A stretch of DNA of 46,456 bases from Psammoneis japonica (lineage: Eukaryota). The notes under the pieces are model-generated. The model was not told the origin of the DNA, did not search any database, and saw nothing but the letters and a program-made list of their open reading frames with translations. Below, one piece after another: positions 22,801 through 35,590 of this stretch (position 1 is its first letter; the number at the start of each line of letters is the position of its first letter). Made by a program: the position numbers and the translations under genes. The stretch spans positions 62,001 to 108,456 of the forward strand of contig QPGO01000223.1 in NCBI GenBank assembly GCA_008632985.1, read 5' to 3'.

Positions 22801-23976
22801 GCTCAGTGCCTCGAACGATTCAGCAAGTGGAAATACGTTGAGGTGTATGTCTTTGCGTTTGTGATTGCCTGCTGGCAATTGGGCGCAATGTCAATGTATG
22901 CTATTCATCACTATTGTGACTTTCTGGGGAAAGTCTATGGAATGCTGGAGTATATTGGCATCGCCGACCAGTCTTCTGTCGAGTGTTTTGCGGTTCAAGC
23001 ATCACATCCGTCAACAATTTTGATCATTCTTGGGGCATTTATATTGCTCCTTGCTGCCTTCCTTTATTCAGCGGCTGTCCAGGTGCGCCGAAACAAGGTC
23101 AATGCCATGAGCCTAGTGATCTCCCGGACGTCAGTAGCAACTCAGGAAGGAATCAATAGCGAGATGGATGAAACGGCATCTCATCATCCAAACTCTGAGC
23201 CTCCTATCGATGAAAAAGACTGTGTCGAAAGCTCGGACAAATGCAGCTACGGGATTTGTGTCGGATTGGATTCCTCTTTTGGTACCGAGCGAGTCGATGA
23301 AAGCGCACAGCACCGCATTGACGCTGATTCTCGAAGCGAGACGGATAGTCACTTCCGTACAGACCAAAGCAGCGATCATACTTATGTCACCTCATTTGGT
23401 AGCCAGCGAGTCGCAGGGAGCTTGCGCGGCAGTGATCCAGAGGAAGGATGCGAAAGGACAAGGAATCTGGGCGTCGATACTCTGGACGAGTATAAGAAAA
23501 GTGGCATGTGCGCAGAGAATCACAACTCTCGAGACGAAGAACGCAACGCCTCTTCAGGAAGCGAGAAAATAGAAAAGGACGGTCGCGGTTGTGACACGGA
23601 TGAGAACTCGACACGTTCGTGCCTTTGCTCGGATCAATGCGTCGACGACACATCCGCCGAGCTAGATTCCTCATGGAGTGGCGAACGGACCAAGGAGGAC
23701 ATATACGGGACGAATGATAATTCCGATCCCAGCAGCATTGCTTGTCTGAACCAGCAGTGCAATACAGAAACGTTGGACGTGTCTTATGACTTACCTTCAT
23801 ATTGCAAGCAAATTATAGAGGACGACAGCGACGCGAATGAATCTGTAGAGGAGATTCTGGATCTCTTCTTTGCAACAGGCCCAACCGACGATGAAGCTCC
23901 TCCGCTTGGTGTAGTTTCTTCTTCCTTTTCTTCATACGATGGAGAGAGCGAGTCAGATTCCAAGGGTTCGTTTTAG
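16823..23976 (+). CDS. Giant (~2,359 aa) membrane protein: signal peptide, BPI/LBP(TULIP)-like N-terminus, two ~600-aa internal repeats, two PqiA-like TM domains, acidic disordered tail; exons 16823-20750 and 20825-23976
   Basis: Two long ORFs join in frame across a GT..AG intron. Repeat landmarks DPL / GLD / FLLA.D / FVDFRDLLL / PYGD / NELDI.L / CWLAT / CP....YDP each occur twice. PqiA-like motifs FSGLWPYLKL...LDVFSKLSVVDIF and LERFSKWKYVEVY. The BPI-like call is inference. Confidence 0.8.
20751..20824 (+). other. Spliceosomal intron (74 bp, phase 1)
   Basis: Donor G|GTGAGT at 20751, pyrimidine-rich tract, acceptor AAG| at 20824. Splicing gives SDN-ADLRIRNELDI, parallel to SNDSPLNFENELDI in repeat A. 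Confidence 0.75.
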
Positions 23977-26308
23977 GGGTGCGAGCAATGCCGAGTTTGC
24001 CGCTGCAAGAGTGGATCCAAGAGCCTTCATGGCTCAAAGAAAAGTAGATTTCAGAATGCAGCACATGACATGAACGACACAAACACTTTGGCCGCGTGTC
24101 GCGTGAGTCAAGGAACAATAAAGAAGCTTCATAGATCGCAGCTGTAGCTCAGAGGTTGTAATAGAATTGTTGCTGTTGACAAAAGTATCGTTAGAGAAAT
24201 TATGGCTACATAGAAACTGGGGATCGACCAACAATCATTTCTTGGAGGAAAGATGGACTTGATGACCATGCCTTTGACACAGTGACTCTCCCTTTCAAAC
24301 GGAAGAGCCACCAGCCAGACAGAGTTGCATGTTGCCTAAAAGAAGCAGGGATTTTTCTGAAGACTTTCCAGCAGCACAGAAATCACTGCCAGGTGAAGCA
24401 ACGTCACAAGCCAATGGAAGAAGCCCAATGTTGCAATGTTGCACAGCAATGAAAACACTGAGGGGCTCTTTGGCCATTTTAGCTGTGTTTCTTTTTGCAG
24501 CCACAAGCCAGCAATGTGCTTGACAATGTCGCAAAATGGCATGTGCTGTTTTGGACAAAACAGAGTGCTGTTTTCATCAAATTCATTCCTCACATTTCGC
24601 TGCATTGCTGTTATGCACACCCTCATTGTTGCTGTTGCACAGTGAGCAAAACATCTCAGAGCCATGTGGTGCTTCCAGCTGCCTCAGCACCAACTCAGCA
24701 CACCATGTCATCCAACATCTCTGTGAGGTGTGCAAGCACATTTTGTTGCAGCCAAAAGTGGCCAACAACTCAGTGCAAAACTGCCAAGGCAGGTTTCTCT
24801 TTGTTGTGCCACACAAAGTGGCTTCCACCTCAGTCTTTCCATGGCCTTGGATTAGCAAGGAGCTGGCTCCATCTCACAAGAGCTCCTCTCAGTTGTTCAA
24901 AGTCCTCAATTCTCAGCAAAAGAGACAGAGGTCAGCAATGGATTCTCACAAACCACTTTGGAATGAGCAACTTTGACATGGTGCTGCCAACGACCTCTGC
25001 AAACTGCAAAGTTGTGTGGGCAATGGTTTCAAGTGAGAGAAGCATCCTCCATGTTGAAAACAGAACAAAAGTTTTTGACAAAGGTCAGCTCTGTGCAAAC
25101 AAAACATGAACATCTTGCTCTTGCAAATGCCCCAACTTTTAATTTGCTTTTGCAAAAGCTCAGACCCCATGGCAGCAAAGTGGTGGTTGCTTTTTCAGAA
25201 CCTTCTCTGCTGCCTTTGGCACAAGACACAAGAAATGTGGCCAGTGTGGCCAGCTCATGGGAGGTGGTTTCTTGGACTCTCTTTCCAGCTACATTGTCTG
25301 GCCCTGTGGGCACCCTTTGAGCTCTCACTTCTTGAACCTTTCCAGCTTGACACATGAACAAAAAACCTTGGCAAACAAGAAGCCATTGTGGCTGGGCAAC
25401 AACTTGCTCCACAATTGCAACAATGAGAAAGCAGCTGCTGCCAAGAAGAGAAAGAGCACTTTCAATCAGTTGCAGGAAAATGTCAAGCACTGCCCACCCC
25501 TCATCTTGCATCTGCTGTTGCTGCCAGTTTGTTGCATGCCTGTTGCACTTTTTCCTCTCTGCCTCACTCTCAATCACAATGCTTGCAATTTTTGGGTGGC
25601 AGTTTTTCTCATTCAGAGCACAGGCTCAAATGGAGAGCAACAGGAGAAAATGTTGAGGCATTTGCCAGCCACCCAGAGCTTTTGACATGGCCAGCATGTG
25701 CACACACACACATGCACACATTAGATTTTGCTTGAAAGCAGCAGTGCACATGGCTGAACAGCAATTGCCTTTGCTTGAAAACAGCACGCCAGCCACTCCA
25801 ACATGGCTTGGGGCAAACCAAAGTGCAGCGCTCACAGAGTTGACAAGTTGGCATGGTGATGTGTCTGTTTCATGGACGTGAAAGATGAGAGCATGGTGTC
25901 AAGAGTTGAGTTCACAACAAAATTTTTAGCAAACCCAAATGCTTGCATTTTTAACATTTCATGGCTGCCATGTGGAGATGCCAGTTGTCATTTTTTGAAT
26001 CATTGACAAATTCTGTCTGCTCATCTGTCCTCTGTGAATTGATGCACTCATCATTCTGGGGGACGTCTTTGGCTGGAAGTGCAAGACTGTTGAAAAACGT
26101 TACACAGAATTTGTGCTGAAATTGTCTGTCAATCAGTGTGATTGGGGCATTTGGGAATGCTGGACAGATCATGTGCAGGGTTTTCCAATTGCAAAATTCT
26201 GCACAACAAACAGTTTGCAAAACAAGGAAGATGGTTTAAAAGCAACCGTCAGCCCATTGTCACTGTTGTCTGTGCTGTGTTGTGCCTCAAGCTTCCACGT
26301 GTGACAGG

Positions 26309-27640
26309 GGGGTCAAAACCAACTGTTTGCCTCTGCAAAAAATGCTGGGGGTCACAAATGTGTCGACTCAATCTGTTGAAAGTGGACATTGAAATGCAAA
26401 AGTGTGGATTTGGTGTGCTGCCACTGCAAGAGGAACAGCCCCCCAGTGCTTGAGCACGACACTTTGTTGGTTGCAGATGTTGCAAGACTGCTCTGCTTGC
26501 AACTCACATGTGGGCACCACAGTGGAACACATGCAGAGCTTGAGCCCCTGCATGACTGTGGTCACATTTGGCACTTTGTGCACCCTGCACAGACCCTTCA
26601 TGTGTGCAGTGTGTGACACTTGCATGGTGGCCAGCAGTTGCGCCATGACTCATTGCTGCATGGAACTCCTGCAGCCCATTGCAGGTCTTGCACCAGGAGT
26701 CACTTGTTTGACGTTTGTCAGTGCAGCACACTTTTTTGCATGATCAGCATTGCTGAAGACAGCCTGCAGATGCAGGAAAGCATTCTCACTGACAAGCCCA
26801 GGTTTGTGCACAGCAGTTGCTCCCATGTCAAGGTCAGTCAAGTGACAAGCACAACCCAGCACCCTGCTTCTTGTGGTGCACACAAAGAATGCCATTGTCA
26901 TTGAACTTGAAGCACCGTGCATGTCCTGAGTCTTTTGTCCTTTTGCCCAGGTCCTGATGAGCTGATGAGCATTGTCATCACGTGTGTCTTTGTTTCAATG
27001 TGATCGCAGAGTTTGTTTTCTCACACAACACTCTTTTTATCTTGCCAGGAGCTCCATTTCTCAGTGCAACATGCCTCTGCACTTAGCACAGAACTCCTGC
27101 AGCCTGTTGCAGGTCTTGCAACAGGAGAGTCATGTTTCTCAGCATGATGCACTTCTGCATGATCAGCATCACTGTGGACAGCCTGCAGATGCAGGAAAGA
27201 AGCAGCCCAGCTGCCAAGTCCAGGGTTGTGTGCTGCACAACACCCAAGGGGGCGCTGTCCTGCCAACAAGAAAACAAGGCTTCAATTCTCCCAAGGACTC
27301 TGTGATGCTTCAGCAACATCTTTTAGAAATGGGTCATTGACCAAAGGGTTCGACAACAATGTTCTTTGCAAGCACTGCTCAGTTGTTCAGAGCTTGTTGC
27401 CTTGGCTTGGCTTGACCACCCCCACCCCTTGGCAACCTCCTGCCAAGAACAAACAACCCACCAGACCTCTGAAGAGTTCTTGTGGCTGTCAAGAGGCAAC
27501 AATGTGACCTGCAGAATTGACACAGACTGACATTGTCAACTCAATCATGTCCTTTGTTTTTTCAGCTGCTGTGACCACAGATTGTCCTTGGTGCAGACTG
27601 CAACACATGCAACAACACTCTGACAACAACAATCTTGGCA
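26309..27640 (+). pseudogene. Decayed 3' fragment of the methyltransferase gene (copy A), split by an ~860-bp insertion (~26395-27255)
   Basis: tgcaaaaaatgctggg...tctgttgaaagtggacattgaa (26334-26393) and tctcccaaggactctgtgatgcttcagcaacatcttttagaaatggg...tttgcaagcactgctcag...gtggctgtcaagaggcaacaatgtgacc (27261-27640) align with 29691-30160. Confidence 0.85.
26664..27198 (+). repeat. Two diverged direct repeats of ~110 bp (26664-26780 and 27092-27198) within the insertion
   Basis: Shared aactcctgcagcc..ttgcaggtcttgca, tgcatgatcagcat and gacagcctgcagatgcaggaaag. Confidence 0.85.
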
Positions 27641-29029
27641 GCTGCATGTTGTGGAGCTGAAAAGACACACAAGTGTGGTGTGCTGACAGCAAGCAACACT
27701 TGGCACTCTGTGGTTGCTGTCAACAACAACAAAGAGAAAGCCCTTCAACAGCAAAAAAAACACAACAGCCAACCCAGCATTGTCCCTGTGGACAATGTCA
27801 CAGCATGTTCTGTTGGTTTCTCTCTTTGCCACAACTGCTGGCTGCTCTTGAGAAGAGACAACACACTCTTCTGTCCTGCACCACCCTGCAATGCCAACAC
27901 CAGTGCTGAGAGCCAATCCATTGGATCCTCAAACAAGAAGACAAAAGAATGTGGTGCAACACAGCATGCCCTGCCAGCACACACATCCCTCCAAAGCAAC
28001 CCTCGTTTTGTTCTTGGGAAGCCATCAAAAGTGTCCCTTTTCAATTTTCTCATCATCATGCAGAGCAGCAGCAAGCACAAAGCACTGCACAACAAAGCAG
28101 CTTCAGAAAATGATGTCAAGCCAGTTCTCACTCAGTGGCTCAATGCATGAAATCAGCGCCAAGACTCTGCAGCACTGATGGACCATGGTGTGGTTTGGGA
28201 GGACATGTGTGGAAAAATTCACATCCCCCAGTGGGACAGTGGGAATGACAGACTGCAAAGCAGAGCAAAAGCAAGTCACACAGGTGGGTTTTCAAGGGGA
28301 AAGTGGCATGTTGGGTGTGAAGTTTTGCAGCGCACCAAAGAAGTTGGTTTGCAAGGGACTTTTGGTGACGGCAATGCCAAGGCTCTGGAGGCCCCATTTT
28401 TGTGCGTGCAGGGTTGGTGGTGCGACGACAGGTGAGGCCAAAATGGGCCAAAGTTGTGTTGGTCCAGGTGGCTGAAGCAGCAGGAAAAATGCCTGCAGGA
28501 GAAAGCTGAGCATCAGCAAAGGTGGCACACACTGAAGACTCAGACGATGTCCAAGGCGGGACGAGGCACTGGGAGTGGGCACTCTTGATTGGCGGTGGTG
28601 CTGAAAAGGAGACGGCAAGCAAAACACCCATGTGCTCCATCCAAGATGATCAACGGTGAACGGGGTGAGATGGATGTCGGCTTGAAGAAACAACTGTTGT
28701 GCCGTGTTGCGCGTCTCGTGAGTTTGTGCCAAAGGCGGGCAAGAAATAACACATCGGCGCCGACAGGTGGTGGTGTGTGCTCAGTCAGTGCTGTGACCTC
28801 GTTTTCCGTTGCCACTTACAGTAACGGCATCGCCAAAAATCTGGAAAAATTTCATATCATCACGAAGATAAATCATTGTAAAAACCGTTATCTTTTGAAA
28901 AAACAAGGGATTTTCAAATCAAGAGAGAGTTGATCTGCGTCTGTGATCTGCGAAAAACCAACGAAGTCGTGATTGTACCAGTATCATAATAAAAAGAAGA
29001 ATTCGTATCGAAACCTGAAACAGCACATC

Positions 29030-30022
29030 ATGCGATCGCGTCAACATTCGCTGCTTGCCAGATCATTGATGCTGTTATGCGTGGCTGCGGCAATCGCAAC
29101 TCTGACAAATTTGACAAGTCGCGTCGATGTCTTTGTAATGCGCAAGAATCATGATGAGAAACGCTTTTCCATTGACGAAATCCCCTCAGAAGAACGTCAT
29201 TCTCTTTGCACCCAGAATCCGTACGCTCCCTCGATGAACAAGTCACTTGTAGACATTGCCCGTGGAGCTCATGATTGGCTCGAGTTGCTTCCCAGGCACC
29301 TCAACCGAGCTAATTCTACCAGCATGTCACAGCATACTCACAAACGATTCTTTCCATTTGAGCCCCTAGCTACCTGTGAGCAATCCTGCATTGGTGGACC
29401 GTGCGGAGACGATAAGAGTAAAATCATGTGTGGCATCGAAAGGTTGCGGGAAGGATGCATTGTATACTCGATTGGGGGCAACAATCAATGGCAGTTTGAA
29501 AATGACTTGCTGAAGAGAACGCCTTGTGAAATTCATACCTTTGACTGTACGGGCAATATCAAGAGATTTAAGAAACCCGACAATAGTCGCTTGAAGTTTC
29601 ACCACATTTGTCTTGCTGATACATCCGTGCCTGCCCCCCAAAATTGTAGTGGGACTAAAGTTTGCGGCGAGATGATGACTATTGAGGGTATGCAGAATAT
29701 GCTGGGTCATGAACGCATCGATCTACTGAAAATGGACATTGAAGGCTTTGAATGGCCCATCTTTGAGTCGTGGCGTACGATTTTAAATGACACGAGGAAG
29801 GATCTTGTGCTGCCATTTCAGATTCTTGTGGAGGTTCACTACAGGACACAATTCAAGGAACTGTTTCACGCCAACAAACAAGACTTCAAGTCTCCCAAGG
29901 ACATTGTGATGCTTCAACAACATCTTTTACAAATGGGCTACGTGACTGCAGTACGGGATGACAATATCTTTTGCAAGCACTGCTCAGAGCTTACTTTGGT
30001 TCGGTTTCAATGTTCCAACTAG
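29030..30022 (+). CDS. SAM-dependent methyltransferase, Methyltransf_22 / METTL24-like, with N-terminal signal anchor
   Basis: CIVYSIGGNNQWQFE, CEIHTFD, IDLLKMDIEGFEW and QILVEVH motifs. N-terminal hydrophobic LMLLCVAAAIATL. Normal TA/CG content. Confidence 0.88.
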   Translation: MRSRQHSLLARSLMLLCVAAAIATLTNLTSRVDVFVMRKNHDEKRFSIDEIPSEERHSLCTQNPYAPSMNKSLVDIARGAHDWLELLPRHLNRANSTSMSQHTHKRFFPFEPLATCEQSCIGGPCGDDKSKIMCGIERLREGCIVYSIGGNNQWQFENDLLKRTPCEIHTFDCTGNIKRFKKPDNSRLKFHHICLADTSVPAPQNCSGTKVCGEMMTIEGMQNMLGHERIDLLKMDIEGFEWPIFESWRTILNDTRKDLVLPFQILVEVHYRTQFKELFHANKQDFKSPKDIVMLQQHLLQMGYVTAVRDDNIFCKHCSELTLVRFQCSN

Positions 30023-31403
30023 AACCTGTCAAAAATGAAGAATCCAGATCTGACGAGTTGCGGCTGTCGATACGCAACAGTGTGACCGGCAAAAGTAAAC
30101 TAGACTACCAATCTTAACTTACGACTAAGACATCTCTATTCTGACAACACATTCTTCTATAGCACATAATCTTACAAGGTTTACTACACTGGTTAGCCGC
30201 AGCATCAACGAGAGTACAAGCTATGGCACGACGGCTTCGCGTCATGGTTGCTGTCGTGGGAGAGGCCACTTGCAGGGCCGCCGATATATCCTTTGGGGAG
30301 ACTGTTTTGGACCCGAGCATTTTCTTTAATGAAACAATCCCGACTTTTTGAGAGAGTGCTGGACGAGTTTCAACTACGTGTGGGCCACAAAGTTGGGGGG
30401 CTCATCTGTTGCACCTTTGACATTCCCCATGATGACACTGCAGCCCAGCCTGCCTTAGATTTAGAAAAAAAGCACAGAGTGGTGAAGTGCTGTAAAAAAA
30501 TGGGTGATGCAACCAAAATCTCAGACAATGATCAAACATTTTGTCACAACACAAATGCACTCAAAGGTTGTTTGGGCATGCCAATCTTCTTGTTGAATGC
30601 AGACAAAGCTCTCAGGATGTTTTCAGAGCCACTGTTGTGGCAGCACAGCTGGGGCAAATGTTGGTGGATTGGACCCCAACAGCAGCCTTGCTTTCTTGAT
30701 CAACCAACCAAACTGGCCCACACATCTGTGTGAGTGAGGACCAAATGCGCAACTCCCCTGCCAGCCACTGTGTCTGTCTTTGGTGAGTGAGGAGGTGCTG
30801 CACAATCTGATGATGCAAATGCCAACACATGGCGCCAGTTGGAGATGGTCTGTGGTGGGTCAGAACATGTCCAACTGGGATGCAGGTCTCAGCACTTGCT
30901 CTGTGCTCTTCTTGCTTTCTTGTGGATCAGAGGACAAGCTCTGGGCAATTGAAACAATCAGATGGCTCACTCACCTGAAAATTTCTCACTCACCTCTTGA
31001 TGTGTTGCCAGCACTCACTTGAAACTGGCAACACCCCCCCCCCAGCATTTTGTGGTGCTGCTGCTGCATTGACAAGCAAAGAAACAAAAACCAAAACAGG
31101 CAAGTCAGTGCACACATTCAAGAGACTTCTCCCCCCTGAGCTTTTTTGCTCCACAGGTGCTTGGTTGATCAGATCCTCACTTTGATGAGATTCATCTGAT
31201 CCGTTGTCAGAGACCAAGACAAAGGAGAGTGCAATTTTTCTTCAGGAACAAATGACAAGTGGCAATGGCAGCTGCAGCCAAGAACCCATCTTGCACTTGG
31301 TCGTGCCATCATTGTCAACAAAAAATTGAAAAATTCAATGAATGAAACAAGAAACCCATGACCAGTTGTTTGCAAGGGAGAAAAGTGATTTGACCAACAA
31401 AAT

Positions 31404-31757
31404 GTCCAACAACAACACAGGAAAAATGTGCCACCAAAATGCACAGATGGAGCACTTGGGGAGCACAACAACCAGCGCCTGCATCATTGACATTAGACCT
31501 TCAACCTTGGAGTCAACCCTTGGCAGTTGTGACATGCAAAGCAATGGAGGGCAACAGGGGGATGGTTGAAGGGAGAACAGCAAGTCCAACAATGACACAG
31601 GAACAATTTGCCAACAAGAAGCACAGAAGGAGCACTTGGCAAGAAGCACAACAACCAGCACCTGCATCATTGACATTGACTGGACCTTCAACCTTCAAGT
31701 CAACCCCCCAGGCAGCTGCAATGTGCAAAGCAATGGAGTGCAACAGGGGACAGTTGA
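31404..31757 (+). repeat. Tandem duplication of an ~180-bp unit (31404-31568, 31584-31757)
   Basis: Shared gtccaacaa..acacaggaa, ggagcacttgg, agcacaacaaccagc.cctgcatcattgacatt, gaccttcaacctt and tgcaaagcaatggag.gcaacagggg. Confidence 0.9.
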
Positions 31758-34700
31758 TTTTTGGCTGACAACCAAGAGAAGAGAATTGGCACTTCACCAG
31801 CAAATGTCAATGGTGCTTTGGCTGGTGGAGGGTTTGCAGCCCAGTCAAGAGCAAGGGCTGGTTGGTCCATCCTGGCCTTGTGCTTTTGTTGGGCGGTGCA
31901 TTTGCATGGGAGCTCTTCTTTCAGTCCAGTCAGCCTCCTGTCATTTTTGGCAAGAGAGTTCCTCATCTTCCAACATTTCAAAAGGGGACATTGTGCATTT
32001 TTGCCTTTTGTTGGCTGTTTGAGGACCAGCAACATCAGGTGCAGAAGAAAGCTTGAAACATTTGTCAACAGACTTTTGCAGCTTCTGTGCATCAATGAGC
32101 ATTTTCAATCTCAAGGCTTTGTCTGCACCCAGAATTTCTCTGTCATTGCTCTCACAACCAACCAGTGCCACCACAGATTTGTGGCCAGATTCTGATGATT
32201 TGCGTGCAACAATCTGTCTGCACACATGCTCAGTTTGTCAAAACCCACACACAGTTGGGTTGCATCTCTGGCAAGCAATCACACTGAAAACTGCCTCTTT
32301 GTGAGGACATTGAAAGAGGGCAAAGCTGACCAGCACATGTCCCATCTGCAGCTCAAAAGGAGTGCTGCAGAGAAAGCATAGACTGATGTTGGACTGATTG
32401 CCTGGTGGGACCTTGGTGAAGACATCAGACATTTCCATTCTCAATTGGTTCCTGTCCAACCTTCAACCAGCAACTGGCAGCCATCCCTCTGGTGATGGTT
32501 GTTGTTTGAGCACCACAACAGATTGCTCAGATGATTGTCAGGACAAATGGATGCCAGCCAGCCTCCTCCACCCCATCACCAAGATTTTGATGCTCACATG
32601 CAAACAATTGCAGGTGTTGATTGATGAAATTTTTCTCATTGTTGTTTGCATGTATGTTCTGTCAATTGCTTTGCCGAGATCAGTCTGTGTGCTTGCCTGT
32701 CCATTTCAAGTGTTCATCTGCAATGTGACAAGAAGAGGACAACAACTTCAGGGCCATCAAGTCTAGGAGCAATCATCAAATTTGTCGTCAACTTCTTCTG
32801 ACCCACACTGTTGTTTGTCCTCTTCAGTGGGATGAACAAGACAATTCGGCCAAGTTTGGCAGTCACTCCATTCTAGCTTGCTGCTTTCTGCGACTGGAGG
32901 AGGACTTGAAATCACAGAGCCACATTTCTCGTCTGACTTTGCTTCATGGTTTCTGAGCAGATAAAAGCAGACAAAGGCTTGAGACTTGCAAAGACAGTCT
33001 GTGGAAACTTCAACAATTTGGGATGGGCCGGCCCAAGAATTCTGCATTGGCCGGTGCACGTGGCCATCACACTTCCATCACAATGGCAGGCAAGGAGAGG
33101 ACCATGGCATGAAGTGGCACATCACGTTCTCCCATTGCTGTGGAGCACTTTTACACACTGTCATCTTCCTCAGATTCTTCACCCTCATCGTCACTGTCAA
33201 GGCCAAAAAAAAGGGAAAAATCCTCAGTGACATGCAATCATTGTTCATCAATGCATCATCAACTCAAGGTTTTTGAGCTTGGGTCCTCATGCGTGTGCAT
33301 CACTCCCAGCTTGGGAGGTCTGCAATTGGTGCAGGAAGAAGAGAAAGAGAAAGACCTCCCATGGATCATTGCATTTTTTAGTGCTGAGCCAATCTGGCCA
33401 GCACCAGCCTCTGCACATTTTTCTTGCAGATGCCATGGCGCTGTTGCGTCATTTGCACCATCGTCGTCACGTCTTTTCATGGGGTGAGTCATGCATGAGA
33501 TTTGTCTTGATTGTCCACATCATGTGGGGGTGTGCGCATTGGCCCAGCCTCAACAAGTGCCGTGTGTGTTGCAAAACATGTTGTTGACTGAAGTGGTGTG
33601 ATTTTTTGTTGTTGTTGTCATTGTCCAATTGTGTTTCTTTCATTTTACCTTCTTTTTTGGTTTGTGCTCCAATGCACAGCATTTGCTTTCACACCAGCAT
33701 GAGCATGGGCACAATGTGTGACAGAGCACAAGGTGATTTGTCAACCTTGCAACCTGCGTTTGTGGTCATCACATTGTCTGATGGCATGCTCATCCTTTGT
33801 TTTTCAACTGGTTGTTCCTTTGACTTGTTTTGCTCTTGTGGCATCTGTGCTTGCCCTTTCTTGTTTTGCCTTGTCTTTTGACATGTCAACAGTGCTTGAC
33901 AGAAAAATGAAATTGAAGCCTCTCAAGTTAACACAAGGCTTCTCTTTGTTGACTCTGCATGTGGAGGCCTGGGAACAATGCTCACCAACATGAGCTCTGA
34001 GACTCAGGCTCATTCTGGATTTGTGGATGAGGCACCCCTTGATGTTCTTTGCCTTGTTCCTGCCAAAGGTTTCAACAGTGTGTGCATCCATTCCAAGGGA
34101 TTCCAGACTGACTTGGTCATTCCCTGTGGGGTGTTTCTGTGCTGAGTTCTTTAAAGACAGCACATGATTGCCTTTCTTCCTTTTTGGTGTGGAGCTGGTT
34201 GTTGCCAGACAAGTGCATGCTTTGTGAGAAATTTCACTTCCAATTGTGTCTGCTTTCAGCAAGTGCCTTTTTTGGAAGAAATGCCAAGAAGCATCTGATT
34301 GGCACTTGGGTGATCCATTCTTGTTGGTTCTTCAAGAATTCTCCATTGCCTGTCTGTCTTGTCTGCTTCACTTTGGATTCCCAGCCTTTTGAAAACAATT
34401 GCCTTGGAGCCTTGGGTGATTGCATGATCACAGAATCTTGTCATTTCAACAAGGACAGCAAATTGTGCCTGCTCTGAGCAGCAGCCTGTTCTGTTGCAAT
34501 GCTCAATGAAGACAGAAAGGTGGGGATCTGCATGCAGCCAATTTGATGGCCGCTGCTTCTGCAAAGTCAGCTTGGCTTTAACACCTGAAGATTCTCTCCC
34601 TCAGCAGTTGCACTTTGCTCCTTGATTTGTTGCTTTCATGCAAACCCCGGTCATCAACAATTTGTTGCATCTTCTGCATGATCTGCAGCGCCATTTTTCC

Positions 34701-35145
34701 AAATTGTTGGTGCACTTCAATGTGATCTTGAGCAAGGCAATGGGGCCCTAGAAAGAATGAAAGAGACCTTCTTCATCACGCCTGTTGATTGACGGTTGCT
34801 CTCCAAATGGAGATGAACCCATGTTGCATGGAAGTTGACCAAATCCTGTTCAGCACAACAGACAACAATGCAACTGGTGCCATGGTGAGCATCAGTGGGG
34901 CACAATGTCGTCATGAGGTGGAGGGTGCTTCGTGCAAGCACCAAGGCTGCATGGAATTCTACATGGAATGCAGAAATTGTGCAGAAAAATTCACTGACCA
35001 GACTGAAAGTGCAATGCTCTGTTGAAGGCGAAATGCCACAATCACGGGTGAAACATTAAAAAGGTTTCACATTGACGAACATTCATTTAAATGAAAACAT
35101 GCATCTGATTCTTGCTGCCGCTTCTGCTGATTTTATCACCAACTG

Positions 35146-35590
35146 TGCTCACATTTGCTCAGATTGCTGACACTTGCTCACATTTGCTCAAACATGCTCA
35201 TTTGGATTGCCAACCACTTTTGTGGGGAAACGCAATGATCTTGGGTTCTCCTCCTTGACACGATGATGCCAAACAAAGAAGAAAAAGAGAACAGAAATGG
35301 GAGCACAAGAAACAAATGATGCACAATGACCGAATGACTGATGAGTGCAGCAGCAAAATGCCACAGCTTTTTGTGCAGCGTGGGATGATCAACTCCCTGT
35401 GGTTGATCACTTTTGGGATCATGTGCCAAAAACAGACATGCTCAAATGTGCAGCAACATCAAAAAAGTTGGGCCTTTTGTTGTTGTGTCTTGTGTGCTAT
35501 GTTGTTTTGTCAGAAAACAAAGATCATGCAAAGATCTCACATTGCTCACATTTGCTCATGTTTGCTCACATTTGCTCATGTTTGTTCATT
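35146..35590 (+). repeat. 10-bp minisatellite TTGCTCA(CA/TG)T in two clusters (~35146-35200 and ~35535-35590)
   Basis: ttgctcacat ttgctcatgt ttgctcacat ttgctcatgt ttgttcattt read directly. Confidence 0.85.

Larger units (their letters stand above)
24240..28800. other. CpG/TpA-depleted domain 3 (mosaic of decayed repeats and gene fragments)
   Basis: Hand count: 1 TA and 1 CG in 24541-24840; 0 TA and 0 CG in 27601-27900. About 14 TpA in 24240-28500. Confidence 0.9.

Noticed and set aside
30373..30726. Possible ~350-bp MITE (gtgtgggcca ... tggcccacac) at the left edge of domain 4
   Set aside because: Only ~10-12 bp of inverted identity and no TSD; too weak to call.
31404..35590. Repeats as a CRISPR-like array
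   Set aside because: Simple tandem duplications with no unique spacers and no cas genes, in eukaryotic context.
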